A DNA stretch of 64,000 bases from Podarcis liolepis (Eukaryota): NCBI GenBank assembly GCA_965112155.1, contig OZ218106.1, one strand, 5' to 3'. The position numbers and the translations under genes were made by a program. This document shows, piece after piece, positions 51,411 through 64,000 of the stretch. Below the pieces are notes generated by a model. It was not told the origin of the DNA, ran no database searches, and saw only the letters and a list, made by a program, of their open reading frames with translations. The number at the start of each line of letters is the position of its first letter. The first letter of the stretch is position 1.

Positions 51411-51588
51411 AAGAACATAGGAAGCTGCCTTATACTCCTGATCCATCTACCTCAGTGTTGTTCACACCGACTGGCCAAGGATTTTTAGCAGGGTTCTCTT
51501 CCAACCCTACTTGGAGCTGCTGGGGATTGAACCATGGACCTTCTACATCCAAAGTAGATGTTCTACCACTAAACCACAGCCTTTTCCC
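51411..51588 (-). mobile_element. Squam2-like tRNA SINE
   Basis: gaacataggaagctgccttatact...ggggattgaaccatggaccttct...ttctaccact. Confidence 0.8.
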
Positions 51589-53276
51589 AACTAAACTGCA
51601 TCTATTCCCCCAGGAGTCTGCAAGGACCATCACTACCCTTTGTAATTTTATTCAGGTTATAGAAACTTCACTCACAAGATCATTTCTCCTATTAAATTAA
51701 GCATATAATTTTATGCTGATCACTTTGACTTTCAGTCATATGGCATCTGGATTAGATTTCTACAGTTTCCCAGATATTAAATCAAAGACAGTGTTAGTAA
51801 CAAGAGACGACATCTGAGCCAGATTTGGAAACCAAGGTACCCCCAGTGGCTTCCTTAACTCCTGCAAAATGAAAGTGATTTGCTGAACTCCTTTTGAAAC
51901 AATGACATTTTCCTTCCAAACATTTTGCATGATGGGCATGCATTTGGGGGTGTAAAGACTTGCAGAATAGGAGCTATTTTGCAGCATTGTAAATGGGTGG
52001 AAAGGAACTTCTGGGGGGACACAAGGGTATGCATACCCCTATTTCAATATGAGTAGGAAAATGAGAGTACCCCTAAACATTTTTTTTTAGAAAAAAGAAC
52101 TTGGTATGTTACATAGAAGCCTCCAGGGAACTATGATGACCAGTGAGCTGTTTCCACCCAACTTCATGTCATGAGTTGGAGCCAAGAGAGATAATAAACC
52201 TCTTTGCTAGCTTCCTCACTGGTGACAGAAGGCCTGGATTAAATGAGACAACAGCCACATACAACACAGGACAGCAACACATTTAAATCATACAGATGCT
52301 TCCCTTGAGACAATTCTCTTTTATGCTGAGAGTCCTAGAGAAAGTGAGAATCTGGATGCACAAAATCCATATTTCAGTCTTGCCTTACTGTCTCACTGGA
52401 ACCCAAATCCCAGTTCTGCAACATCTCTATTTAAAATTGAAACTCACATGCTGGTGAGGTAAAACCACCAACTTTGGACACTCTGCTGTAACGTGACAAT
52501 AGTTTCTTATTAGCTGTACAGGAAACCATGCCAGGCTCTCTCTGAAAATAGTGTAGTGAAATATGAACAGGAAATAATGCATTAATATAAATTACAAACA
52601 TAAAAATATTTAGTGAAGAGCAACAAACAATCTGCTGCTCAAACATGGACTGGCTGCTCTATCAAACGAAGGACTTACAATTATCACACTATGAAAACTA
52701 TCAGAGCTAAGAGATGTCTTAAAAGAACTGCAAAATGCAATCTGTTCACAAAAGCCTTATGATGCTTCTTCCAAGGTATAACATAATAACAGCTGCACAA
52801 TTTTTATGCAAGGCTTTTAATAATAAGGTACCATGTGTTTTCTACAAGCAAGATTTACTTAAATAAACTTGTTACAAACCCTGCAGGAGCACTTAGACAA
52901 CAAGCGGAACATCAACAGAAGGGAAGGTGTTCTCTGATGGACATTCAAATGATCAGAACCACAGAACTATGAAATTTCAGAGATATCTGAAATGTTAATT
53001 TTCTGATTTCTCTGTTACTAGAGTTTATGTAGCATCACCATCCATTAAAACATACCTTTAAATGTGTAGGAATGTGTGAATATGCCTCTGAAAAGCTGCA
53101 AACATCTTATTGGAAATTAAAGAGAGGAAGAAAATAAGAAAATGGGGATAAGAACTAAGAAAGAAAAACTAATATAGCAGCAGCATGTTCAATTTAATTC
53201 CCAGTTTGAACATGGAGACCATTTCACTAATTTTCAGTTTCATTTTATTTTTTGCTTGGGTATTTTGCCTTCATAG

Positions 53277-53404
53277 TAAGGTTACCAGACATCCCCGTTT
53301 CCCGGGGACAGTCCCCGGATTTACAAATCAGTCCCCATACAAAATCCATTGAAGCTGAAAAGTGTCTCTGGATTCATTGGGGGGGGGGGAATCTGGTAAT
53401 CTTA
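53277..53404. mobile_element. 128-bp hAT MITE
   Basis: Perfect 8-bp TSD cttcatag; TIRs taaggttaccaga / tctggtaatctta. Confidence 0.92.
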
Positions 53405-53973
53405 CTTCATAGGCTGCCCACACATTAATTCCAAAATGTTTTATTCCTTGTTCTAGCATTGACAATATCCATTTGCCCACAGCCAGCTGAGAGACAAAAT
53501 GATCCATCATGTTAGAATCATTAGTCTAGATTGCATGACAAGCATGGAGATCAATGTAGTTTTCCTACTAGACGTGGCTAGCAAACAATAATCCACCCGA
53601 GACTTAAATGTGTTTATCCCATTGAAGCCAATAGGTTTACCAGTCAATCTTATGAATGCCTACACAGAAGTAAACCCCATGACGTTTAATGGGGCTTAGT
53701 CCAAGTATGTATAGGAGAGGAGCCTTAATTGCAATTTACATTAGGGGTTTTTACTGGGACTCTGCCCAATGTTCTCCTGTTTCAGTTTTCATGTGAAACT
53801 CAAGTGCTTTAGGGAGGCAGAAATGTTCTTTCTAAAACTTCTTTAATTGTGGGGCATGTTCACATTTTTTAAATGAAAATCCTGACCTGATAATGGCCAT
53901 TATTTTGTCTCTCTGTTCTTGCTTTGGCACAATTCCTCCTGTGTAATTACTTCATAGACTTCTTCTAGAGCAA

Positions 53974-54157
53974 GGACTCACCCACACTTCAGCTTTTCCT
54001 GTGCCTCAAAAGCGCAGGTCCAAGTGGTTTTCCACTTGACCCACACTTTCTAGACACAGATCCAAGCAGATTTGACACAAAACAGTGAATTGTTGTTTGC
54101 TCCGATTGATGGGAGCAGAGGGGAAGCAGCAAGACAAGAGGAAGTGTGGATAAACCC
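53974..54157. mobile_element. Harbinger-like MITE of the 36444 family
   Basis: TIRs ggactcacccacacttc / gaagtgtggataaaccc; shares caggtccaagtggtttt. Confidence 0.7.
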
Positions 54158-54867
54158 TTAGTAATATAGGTAATCCCAAATATTCTGAGATCTCATAGCA
54201 AATGAGAGGATGTTTCTGGTATTTAGTAGTTTGGTACAATTAATGAGGCACTTGTATGTGAGTTCACACATGCAGGCACATCACACAATGGCAGCAATGT
54301 CAGGCAGTGACTGACTGTGTACATACCTCAAACAAAATGTGATACAGTAGTCGGAGAACCTTTAGACCAGAAATTTGTATATTAAAAACATTTAGCCTTG
54401 TCTCAGTTTCCAATGAACCTGCATACAAGTTCTCCTAAGAAATACCAACTTTGATTTGCTAACAGAACAATCTCGTTCTCATTTGCTTGTCCTTAAGAGT
54501 CTCTGATGCAACTGAATACAAACATTAAGCTTTTGTAAAGAATACAGTGTGTGAATGGCGAAAATGTAGAATAGGTGGTTTTTGCATATACAGTACTTCC
54601 ATTGACAAACCAATCTGGAAACTGATCAGATATGAATGGAAGGCTCAGAGCAAATCAGGTTTTCATGTCCTCAATTGAGTCTGGATTGGCTCCAGGAGCT
54701 AATCTGATGTCAATGAAAGGACTATACTGTATTCATTTGGAGATACTATTGCTGTAAAAGCTGCTTGTCTGGATTTTAATTAGGGAACTAAAAACAACTT
54801 GGGTGGATTATATTTTAATGCATCTATTGAAGCTTTATTAAAAGATTGTGTGGGGTTTTTTTCCTAA

Positions 54868-54887
54868 TGATCAAAGGTCAAAGGTTA
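54868..54887 (+). promoter_or_regulatory. Triple nuclear-receptor half-site (DR1) array
   Basis: TGATCA-A-AGGTCA-A-AGGTTA. Confidence 0.35.
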
Positions 54888-56059
54888 AGCAGGATACTAT
54901 TAAGAATATTTTGGGTTTTATTTTATTTTTTAAAAAATCACTTGTTTTCGTTTTGATTTTGGCCTTTGCTTGTCTTTAAGATACCTTTCTTTCAAACATG
55001 ATTCAGCATTTATAAGGTTTTAAGTCACACTCAAACCCCAAAGATATTTCCCATGGGAAAAGAAACATACCAAGATAAGCTATAAATCAGTACTTTGTAC
55101 CCATAGTGCAGCAAAGGCAAAAATAAGAAAAATTACTGACTAGGTGGAAGAAAAATAGGCCACAAATTTATTGTAACTTTCAACACATTGCAGTTTGGCA
55201 GCACAACAGGAGCCGTGGACCACCTATTGGTGGCACCTGGGTGAAAGAGTAGCATATATTGAATGCCCATAGTTAGTAGGCACAGTTAGTGGGCACAATG
55301 GCATTTGGAATTATGGCCAGCTTCCCTCTCCTGCATTTGGTGAACACGTGAGAAGGGTGATTTGAACGTCTCTTTACTCTCCTGCTGTCACTTTAGCCTT
55401 CTTCATACCTTAGAAGCCTGACTAGTGAAACAGGGTGGGAATCATGAGGCCAGGCTGGATGGCCCTACTCACCTGCCTACAACATAGCGAAAGGTATTCC
55501 AGTAGACAAAGTTCCTGGTTGCATGAAGGTGTGTATTCATGTTCAAATGAACACATATACAAGCTTACTTCAGTATTTACTACTGAATGTGCTATGTGGG
55601 AGAGGAAGGGACTACAGCCCCACAAACTGGAAACCTCATTTGCACAGTGTTGGCATAACTTCTCTAACTCCTTTTCCCCCTAAGCCATAGAGGCCGGCCT
55701 TTTAACCATTGCTTGTCATTTCTCAGTTCTTGTTAGTCTTATCTGCAATCTTTTAAAAAATGGAACACTGCACCGATAAATCTAGCTGCCATTATTTGTA
55801 TTGCAACAATGCAGCATACTGCAAAGGGATGCCTTTCATTGTACTGTACAATGATGCTACTTGCGAGTAGATGAATTATAAAGAGTAAATTAACGTCTTT
55901 CTTTCAAAGATCCTTGTGCTCGTGGAACTAGCAAGGGAAACCACCCAGTCTAGAAGGGGATTGTTGAGGATGTTTCACCATGGATTCCCCTTACTGGATC
56001 AGGCTGCTCATAAATATCACCATTTCCAAGGAAGGAAATAATATTGTCATAGGTACAGA

Positions 56060-56176
56060 GTAGTATTCCACTAGGTTTAACACAGATTAGACCAATTAAA
56101 ATTAAGAGGCCTAGCTTAGCCATGTTTATTAATTTCTGTGGGTCTAATATGAGTAAAACTTACTTGAATACCACCC
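56060..56176. mobile_element. Palindromic hairpin MITE; shorter relative at about 48616-48691
   Basis: gtagtattccactaggttt...aaacttacttgaataccac form inverted arms. Confidence 0.65.
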
Positions 56177-56992
56177 ATAAAATTAAATTTTGTAAACTCT
56201 CATTGCATTATCTTTCAAGAAAATGTGCATTTAATTGACTCATTTTTAGCAATTTCCTTCTTCTGAATTTACATCTAACATGTTTATGTCCTTCAAAGCT
56301 TTCAAAATAACCATAACTTTAAGTAGCTTCTCTGGCCTGTAGACATATCCATGCTTCATTGTTATTGGAAACATATCATTAAATTAATCATGCTAGCTTT
56401 ATGGAAGCAAACACCATGTTGTGATTTCAATAATCTGGCATAGGGTAACCAACTGTGCTGAAAAAGTAAGCCAGAACTGCTGCTCTCATGTGGCAGCTTG
56501 GTATGCTTAAAATGCAGGAATTAGCAGGAGCAAACACATTTTGGGAACTTTGCAGAGAAAGAAATCACTTTGGAGTGGCAATATGAAAGAGGGAAATAGC
56601 AGGTGGGGAAGGGGCCAAGCAGCTTGACCCTCCATCACTTCTCTGCTCTGAATTTTCCACTGCTGGAGTTGCTTTTCATTAAAGACAGCATTAGCCGGCT
56701 CAGATACCCATGCCCATGCATTTAAACCTAAAGCCTAGAGTGAGTGCGTTTGCTGGTATTAATCGCTATGTTTGCCTGCTTTTGGGCTCCTTTTCATTTG
56801 CTATCAGCCCCACTCTCCAGCTTCAGACTCTTTGCTCCTTGGAGCAGTAATTTGCCTTTCTTTGTTCATGTGGCTCAGTAAAATTTAAAACTCATATGTT
56901 GCTGGTGCTAATTGAGTAATAATTATTTGCCTGGTTTAATGTTGTCAGTATTTTTCCTTACAGCAAACAATTTTCTCTGAAAGCAGAGCATT

Positions 56993-57071
<79 letters not shown>

Positions 57072-57072
57072 A
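56993..57072. repeat. (AGAA)20 microsatellite
   Basis: Direct reading. Confidence 0.97.
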
Positions 57073-59670
57073 AACCTACCCTGGCCAACACATGTATCCA
57101 TTTCAGCACTTAAATCTAAGCATAATTCTTTACAAGCACCTTTGTTATGCAGGGCTGGATTTTTATGGGAGCAGAAGAGACTGAGGCCCTCTGGTGTTTG
57201 TCATCTGTGAATATTTATACTGTACTCCTGAAACTTTTCACCATGCTGACTGTTTTCTAGTTTCAGTCAATAACTGAGGGCTGCAATATAATACTTAATG
57301 GAAGTGTACTGGACAATATTTTTTATTTTTAAAAATCCTGTGCATACATGCTGGAAATTTTCAGTACAGAACACAGAAGATTTCTTACCCATCCACCTAC
57401 GATATCTGGCACTGTATTTTTCTTAGTGTATGACCAAATCCCATATGCCCTGATTCCAGAACTTGCTGCACCAGTATAGCCTGAACATTATGTAATATAT
57501 ACTTAATTTATGTGCAGAATCAAACTCCTTAAACTAGTGGTTATGAAACATTTTAATCGTGTAGCTTCCGCCTTAGCAAATGGTCTGATACGCATTGTGA
57601 CCACACATGGACACAACAGGTTAGGTCACTGGGCCACATTTATTTAAATATTTAAACCCCAAACAGATCTGTATTGTGGGTACAAGGTGTGGGATCTATA
57701 TCTAACAACCAAACTTTGGGCAAGCTTGCCCTCCCTTAAGCCCCACTCTTTCAGCTGAGTAGGGAGGCCTTCCTGCTACACCTCCTCCTTCTGGGGCCCC
57801 ATAACTCTAAGCAGGTGTTTACAGCTTGACCTCAAAGGTGCTCCCTAACCATGTCACACAGCCCAACAGTCCTGGAGGCGGGTCTTGGGTCTACATCCTT
57901 CCTCTTTAAAGGTGCTGGGAGGAGCACAGAGAGAAGAAATGCTATGGTGCATCTGCTTCACCACAAGTGGACGTCTTCACTGCAACAAAACATGTCTCTC
58001 CCTTATTAGTCTCAGCAGTCACATCAGGCGCTGTAACCTTCCTGAAGTTTGACTTTACCTCATAACTTCCCACACCTGTCTGCCACAGAAGCTTGGTCAC
58101 CTTCTTCATACACAGAAATAATAATTTCAAGGAGTCACATCATGCCTCTCCCCTTTCCTTAAAAAGGGCCCACAAACCAGTAGGCGGACATAAATACTAC
58201 TCTCTGGTGGGGCAATTTCCAATTTCCCACCCATTGCTGCTGTCAGCACTAGCCTTCTGGCCATCACCACCTTAGATGAGGGAAGAGCTGGTCTGTCCAA
58301 GCAGATGAAGGAGGAGAAGGAGGCTGAGCAGAATGGTGCCCAGTCCATTTAAAGGGCCTGCCACTCCACCACAATGCTGAGCCCCAATAAGATCCTATGG
58401 GAGTATTGTCCCCCTCCAACATGGCAGCCAACACTCACTTCAATGTACTTGTAAATAACACGCTATGTGAATAAACCATTGGAAAGGTATGTTATAGACA
58501 ATTCACCACTTCCACAAAACCGAAAGCTCAGTAAAGTGAGGTGAATGTGGGGCACCTTTTCTAGGGACACCAGTGAGTGACACTTCAGTCAGTAGTTCTT
58601 TTATGTCTAAAGAAAAAGTGGCTTCATACTTTGTCCTATTACTCACCTACAATCAATACCATATATGTAGCCCACAACAATAGTTTAATAGATAACATGA
58701 TATTTTAGTTTTTTAAGTCACACAGAACTCATAAACGCTCTTATGCTATTAACAACAGCAGAGTGCTGTACTTTATCTCTATGAAATAGATACACAGAAA
58801 TATTTATTATTTAGGTATTTTTAGTGATGTACTATTACCCCATCAACCCCCATTGCTAATACCTTTTAATACCTTTTCTTAAAATCAAAGAAAAACAAGC
58901 AGTTCATGAAGAAGAGCCAGCTTGCATTTTATTAGGATGGTTACCTTTCCTTTGTTAACGATCTTAGGAGAACTATTTTGGGAGGCTGTTGTGAGAGAAA
59001 GTGATGAGAAGAGATACAGCCAGACATCAGCCCTCACAAACACACTTGAAACAATGTGCTCTCACAGTTGCTTAAAAGTCATGGAGCAGCTGCACTGAAA
59101 CTGTAAAATCTGCAGTTTCGGTATGCCAACGATTTTCAGTTGGCCTTAATCAGAAAATAACACAATTTTCATTGAAGTTCTCTGCAAGCTAGAAAAAACA
59201 CATTAGGGCTGATGAAAATCCAGCCCAGAAAAGCAACCATCCTGCTGAAACTTATCAGAGATCTACAAATGAGGCACTTTAAAAAATGTGGCAGGGTGAT
59301 GGTGCTCCAGGTTCAAAATTCCAGGCAACTGCTTACATTCCCCCTCCCTCTTGGTTTTCTCCCTACTCCCACATTTAGAGAGCATTCCATGGCCACTGAG
59401 CATGATCAGCCCTCACTGGGTTATTTTTGGGGTTCTCTTCCTTTAGGGTTCTCCCCCTCCTAAATCTTAGGAAGGGCACACATTGCCTATTCCTGATTTA
59501 CACAATGACCTATTTTCAAGTTATCTCAGCACTATGTTTCCTCAAGTTAATAAATTTTATCCATAAATAGAAAAATAGCTGGCAGTGAGATTATTACATA
59601 TTCTTATTTTACCACATAATATATGTGGGTGAAAACCCTTAATGAATGGTATATAAGTTTGCCATCAAGG

Positions 59671-59808
59671 NNNNNNNNNNNNNNNNNNNNNNNNNNNNNN
59701 NNNNNNNNNNNNNNNNNNNNNNNNNNNNNNNNNNNNNNNNNNNNNNNNNNNNNNNNNNNNNNNNNNNNNNNNNNNNNNNNNNNNNNNNNNNNNNNNNNNN
59801 NNNNNNNN
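59671..59808. other. Assembly gap (138 N)
   Basis: Run of n. Confidence 1.
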
Positions 59809-60141
59809 ACTTGAAATTGCAACCATGTGATGTAGCAATTGCCCACAAAGTGACACCATTTTATGACATCATAAAATATTCTTTGTTGGGTGGTCTGTGG
59901 GCAGCAGCATGAAGAAAGCTGTATGGTAATTAGCCATCTTTTTGAAGTTAAGTTTAAATTGTGGCAAAATTTTAACATACAAGCATGCAAAATCCTAAGG
60001 GAATGCTGATATTATTTAGTTGTCTGAAGAAACTGTATGACATTGGCTTCAGAACTGGACCTATCACCCCTTCCATTCCAAATATCAGTGACAAAGCCAA
60101 GAGTAGTGGCTGTAAAGTTAATTGACTACTGAACTCCCTTT

Positions 60142-60230
60142 GGCTGCAATCCTATGCATATTTTCTTAAGGGAGTAAGTCCCATTGAATTTTGTGGGGTT
60201 TACATCTGAGCAAATGCACAGGATTGGGTT
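60142..60230. mobile_element. About 85-bp palindromic Harbinger-like MITE
   Basis: ggctgcaatcctatgcat...agtaagtcccattgaa...ggggtttac...tgcacaggattggg. Relatives at about 20601-20870, 29031-29106, 29166-29257, 46609-46686 and 53642-53724. Confidence 0.75.
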
Positions 60231-60370
60231 GAATCCTCAGCTTGGGTCCAAACTTTTGTCAACTACAAATGATCACTACAGGAAAATATTCTCCAAACTA
60301 ATCCTAAAGCCCTGTTCAGGTGATGAAAGTTGCAATGGCTAATCCTGTCACTCACCTCCAGATGTTCAAG

Positions 60371-60523
60371 GGGCTTGTTTACATGGCGGCTGCGCCTAAA
60401 TGCATAGACTTCTCTATGCACTATCCCTGAAAAATGAAAGGCCAGAGATCATACATAACACCCCATGTACAAGAACCTATGCATACTTGAGTGCATGCAA
60501 AAACACTCAATGCAAACAAGATC
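60371..60523. mobile_element. Harbinger-like MITE
   Basis: Imperfect TIRs gggcttgtttacat / atgcaaacaagatc (11 of 14 match). Confidence 0.5.
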
Positions 60524-61324
60524 TTTTAATATGTGGAAGTTTCTGATGTGAATGACAAATCAGGTAGCAGGATTTTGTAGGAACCTGAGACTTGTGGCAA
60601 CAAGAAATAGCTTAGGATGAGCTGTACTAACTGTTGCACTAGTCTAATGTTGCAAACGGTGGATGAGATCCATTGGATCTTCACTGGAGGAAGGTGGGAT
60701 TTTTGCCAATTCCCACTGCAGCCTGCAAAAAAATTATTTAGCGGGTTGGGAGGAAGCCTCTGAATTAAAAAAAAAAATTAAAAAAAACTTTTATAGATGA
60801 CACTAGAGTAGGGAGAGAGAATTGGCAAAAATCACCTCTCCTCCCATTCCTCTAAGAGGAGTTTCTACTAGATTCTTTACATGCATAATAGGAGACCTTC
60901 CTTTCATGCAATTAGCAAGTCAGGATCCTTCCCTTTGACATTATGGGCATATTCATATAGGCAGGAGAAGTTTGTTTTGTGTTATGAACAACATACCAGT
61001 TCCTGATGCTCTGCTCATTCTACTCTAGTATTAGAAACATTTCCCAAGACTGGGATATTCTGGGGCAAGTAGAGATGCACGCCAGTGGTTTGCCTGCTGA
61101 CATACATGAAATGGCTCTCTATGTGCTAGAAGTACAGTTTCCTATCTTATGTATTACATTATTGTGAAGAACTTAAACACACACAGACACGCAACAGCAG
61201 TTTCCAGCAATCAGTGCAGGTGTTGCAGCTCAACATGCATGTTACAGAGGAGACCTTGGTAAAGTCAGCTGAACAAAATAAGCACGGGAAGAAAAAACTA
61301 ATAAATACACTGCAAACTGCTGTG

Positions 61325-61380
61325 TACAAACAGAGTGCAAGGTGCATCCATCAAGATACATTTTTATTTCAACAAATACA
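61325..61380 (-). terminator. Candidate polyadenylation site of a minus-strand transcript
   Basis: On the minus strand: TGTA, AATAAA (61368-61363), CA about 20 nt downstream (61344-61343), then TCTGTTTGT and a U-rich tract. Confidence 0.45.
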
Positions 61381-62869
61381 ATATGGTAATTGTTGCTGGC
61401 AAGCTGAGACAGTGTACAAGCTAATCACTTGTAAATACTAACTTTAGATTTTTAAAGAACAAGAGAAAAACAGTGTCTAATTAAACTTAGAAGATTTTTG
61501 TTGTTGTTTCTGTAGTGTCTACATAAAGGACACGATAAGGTTTAGTGTACTGTGCGCTTTGAGCAGAGTACTAGATGTTCTAAATATAGTACCTACTTGA
61601 ACACAAGATAGATGTTGCAGAAGAGTGTAGAGCTTGGAGGCACAGTGTCAAGGAATCAGTGGGAAAATCTCTCGATGCAATTTTTCTGACAACAGATTAA
61701 AACGTTAAGGGTACTGAGATAGGATTGTAAATAGAAACGTGTAACGTTATTCATGCAGGTTCACCTTTTTGTCTTAAAGAACCGAAACGATACAAATCTG
61801 CTTATTTTAAAAGGAAGACTGCTCTGTGCCTGTGTTCTATAAGAAGACACTAAAGGTGCCATCCTGATCCACAGAGCTTACTAAAGTATTTGCTATTGTT
61901 ATCAAAATTGATGCTGGTAAAAAGCTTGTATGCATGAAGACTGTAAAATGCGTCACTGGCAGTATAACTAATATATAATGATCTGCATAAAAGCACATTT
62001 TCCATTAGATGATGTTCCTGTTCAAAGAATAGTGCACTGCAACATGCTATACTTGATTACTAACTTTTTGTAGTAAATCTTCAGGCTTCAGAGGCAGCGT
62101 GATATTGATTTTTTATATATTAGTGGATCCGTTACAATATATACTAAAGTAACATTTTTACATGTAACTGTGTGTTTTGTACTATTTTGTTTAAGTTGTC
62201 TATTGCTACTTCAGTTTTATGTACACCGCTTTATATAAATTATATAATCAGTGTCAACTGCTGGGAGCAACAATGAAGGAGATATATTGCCTTCCTGTTC
62301 TGACCTATCTGGATCAGCTACTTAGGGTAGCAGTGGGGAATCTTCAGCCCACAGGCCTAATTAGACTTTGCATGGGCCTCAAGTGTGGAGAAGGTAAGGA
62401 CAACGCTGAAGGTGAGCTTTCAGTTTTTCTTTTGCAAGTGAGGCTTTCTGACAACACCAATCAGCTGATTGGCACTAACAGGGAGACCCATGGCAATCAG
62501 CCCCTTGAGAACTCTGAAGTGCAACTGAGGGGGCTGTCTTTTCAAGTGGTTTGCCTTGAAACCACCAGCTGAAAGTTTCAATTTAGCAAGTGCCTTCAAT
62601 GCAAACTGCTTCTTGCTAATGGCCGTTCCTCACAAACCACATCTACCTGCCCACGTGTCGTATGCAAGCACCTTTGAAGGCAGGGTCCCAGCACTGATCA
62701 GTTGATTGGCAGTGGGAGTGCACTTGCAGAGGGACTTGCTCCAATAGTGTGAAGTGGTTTGCATGGAAACGAAATGCAAACACTTTCATGTATCCAATCT
62801 AGTTTCACCAACTGTTCTTCAATCTTACCTGGATTAAGCTTCATTTAATAGGCCACTGCTGTTCATGCC

Positions 62870-62968
62870 GATGTAGAGCTGTGTGTCATCAGCATAACGC
62901 TGACAAGATTCTCCAAATCTCTGGGTGATCCCACTCAGCAGTTACATGTTAAACAACACTGGAGAAAT
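62870..62968 (-). mobile_element. L2 reverse-transcriptase fragment (YADD region)
   Basis: The reverse complement reads SPVLFN...RFG..CQRYADDTQLY. Confidence 0.75.
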
Positions 62969-64000
62969 CCATGTTGCATGAGAAATGGGGAGAAGGATAG
63001 GCCCAATGGTCAGTGGTCCAGGACATCCTGTACATTAAGGAAGCAGGTTCAGAGTTTTGTTAGTAACTGTACCAAAGTCATAAAAAAGAAATGTGACTAT
63101 AGATAATTTGCATAAACCACCAGTTTCAGTTCATGCAATAAATTCATTTTAGGAAGTCTTTTGCCTTACTCATAGTATGGATATTTATACCACTAGCGAC
63201 ATCCAATATTATGATACAGTTATATTTCTCTCAGCTGCAGGGGTAAGACTTGAACAGCTCCACTATAAAAACAAACCCAGGAGTTCTTCTGTCGGTATAG
63301 TTCATGGAATCTTAAGCTAAAAATAGCTTAAAGGGGTTCTTGTTTTGTTTTTAAGACTGTTTGAGTCCTTCACAGCAGAAAAATAACAGCTTTGCTGAGA
63401 AACTAAACAATGGGCAAGTGAAGAGAATATTGGGAGATGATATCTTGGGGGGAAAAATAGAATTACATCTGCACAGAAAAGCAAACAGCTCAAGGAATAT
63501 CTCAAAATAATGATACCATCTGCACAGGGGAGTATAAATAGCTCAAGGGATATCTCAAAACAAGAACAGAATTCTGCAACAGGCAGCATGGAAGAAAATA
63601 TATTTTATAGGTATTTTATAAAAGGATAATATACTGCTGTGGAACATGAGTGTGTACAACTCGGTGAAATCACTGAAAGATTAAACTGGGTTTCTGCCCC
63701 ACAGGCTGAAATAAACTAACAGCACTTGGTAAATTTATGTAACGAGGGTCTTATGGTGGTTTCTCATAAGCTGAGCTGCAATATTGGTAGGAAACACAAA
63801 CAAGAGGAAAATGTACAATACATGAAACATAATCTCTTCCAAAACTGTAATTCATGCTGAAGCAGTAGCAAAAAGAACTAAAGAGTCTATGAAGAGATTG
63901 CAGCTGATTTTGCATGGACAAAGAGGTTGTCACATAAAGTTCACTTGTGAATGTATCACAGGGGACTGTTTTTCATAGTATATTTGTTGTTGTTGTTGTT

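Noticed and set aside
59604-59990. ORFs across 59671-59808
   Set aside because: Artefacts of the N gap
1-64000. CRISPR arrays, operons, rRNA genes, endogenous viral coding sequence
   Set aside because: Eukaryotic repeat landscape; no regularly spaced repeat-spacer array, long ORF or rRNA similarity was seen

Overview
This is non-coding, repeat-rich vertebrate DNA from a squamate, most likely a lacertid lizard. The evidence is Sauria SINEs with (ACCTTT)n tails, a Squam3-type SINE, CR1 and L2 LINE fragments, and many hAT, Harbinger and Tigger-like MITEs. I recognise no host protein-coding exon with confidence, so the window reads as intergenic DNA or a very long intron. The most informative feature is at the left edge: the 3' end of a young Penelope-like (Poseidon-type) retroelement. 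It has an intact GIY-YIG endonuclease frame, a long low-complexity C-terminal tail with repeated TRS motifs, a TATA box and a minimal hammerhead ribozyme, and it abuts an (AT)27 tract. Other notable structures: a cluster of hAT MITEs with target-site duplications (TSDs, 34.6-35.2 kb); a nested Harbinger MITE; a 15-bp-TSD retro-insertion with a probable 5' inversion; two solo-LTR-like elements; several candidate enhancer motif clusters; a few splice-signal-bounded candidate exons; and a probable minus-strand poly(A) site/3'UTR near 61.3 kb. There is a 138-N assembly gap. Boundaries of old repeats are approximate, and family names come from recognising the sequence by eye, not from a database search.
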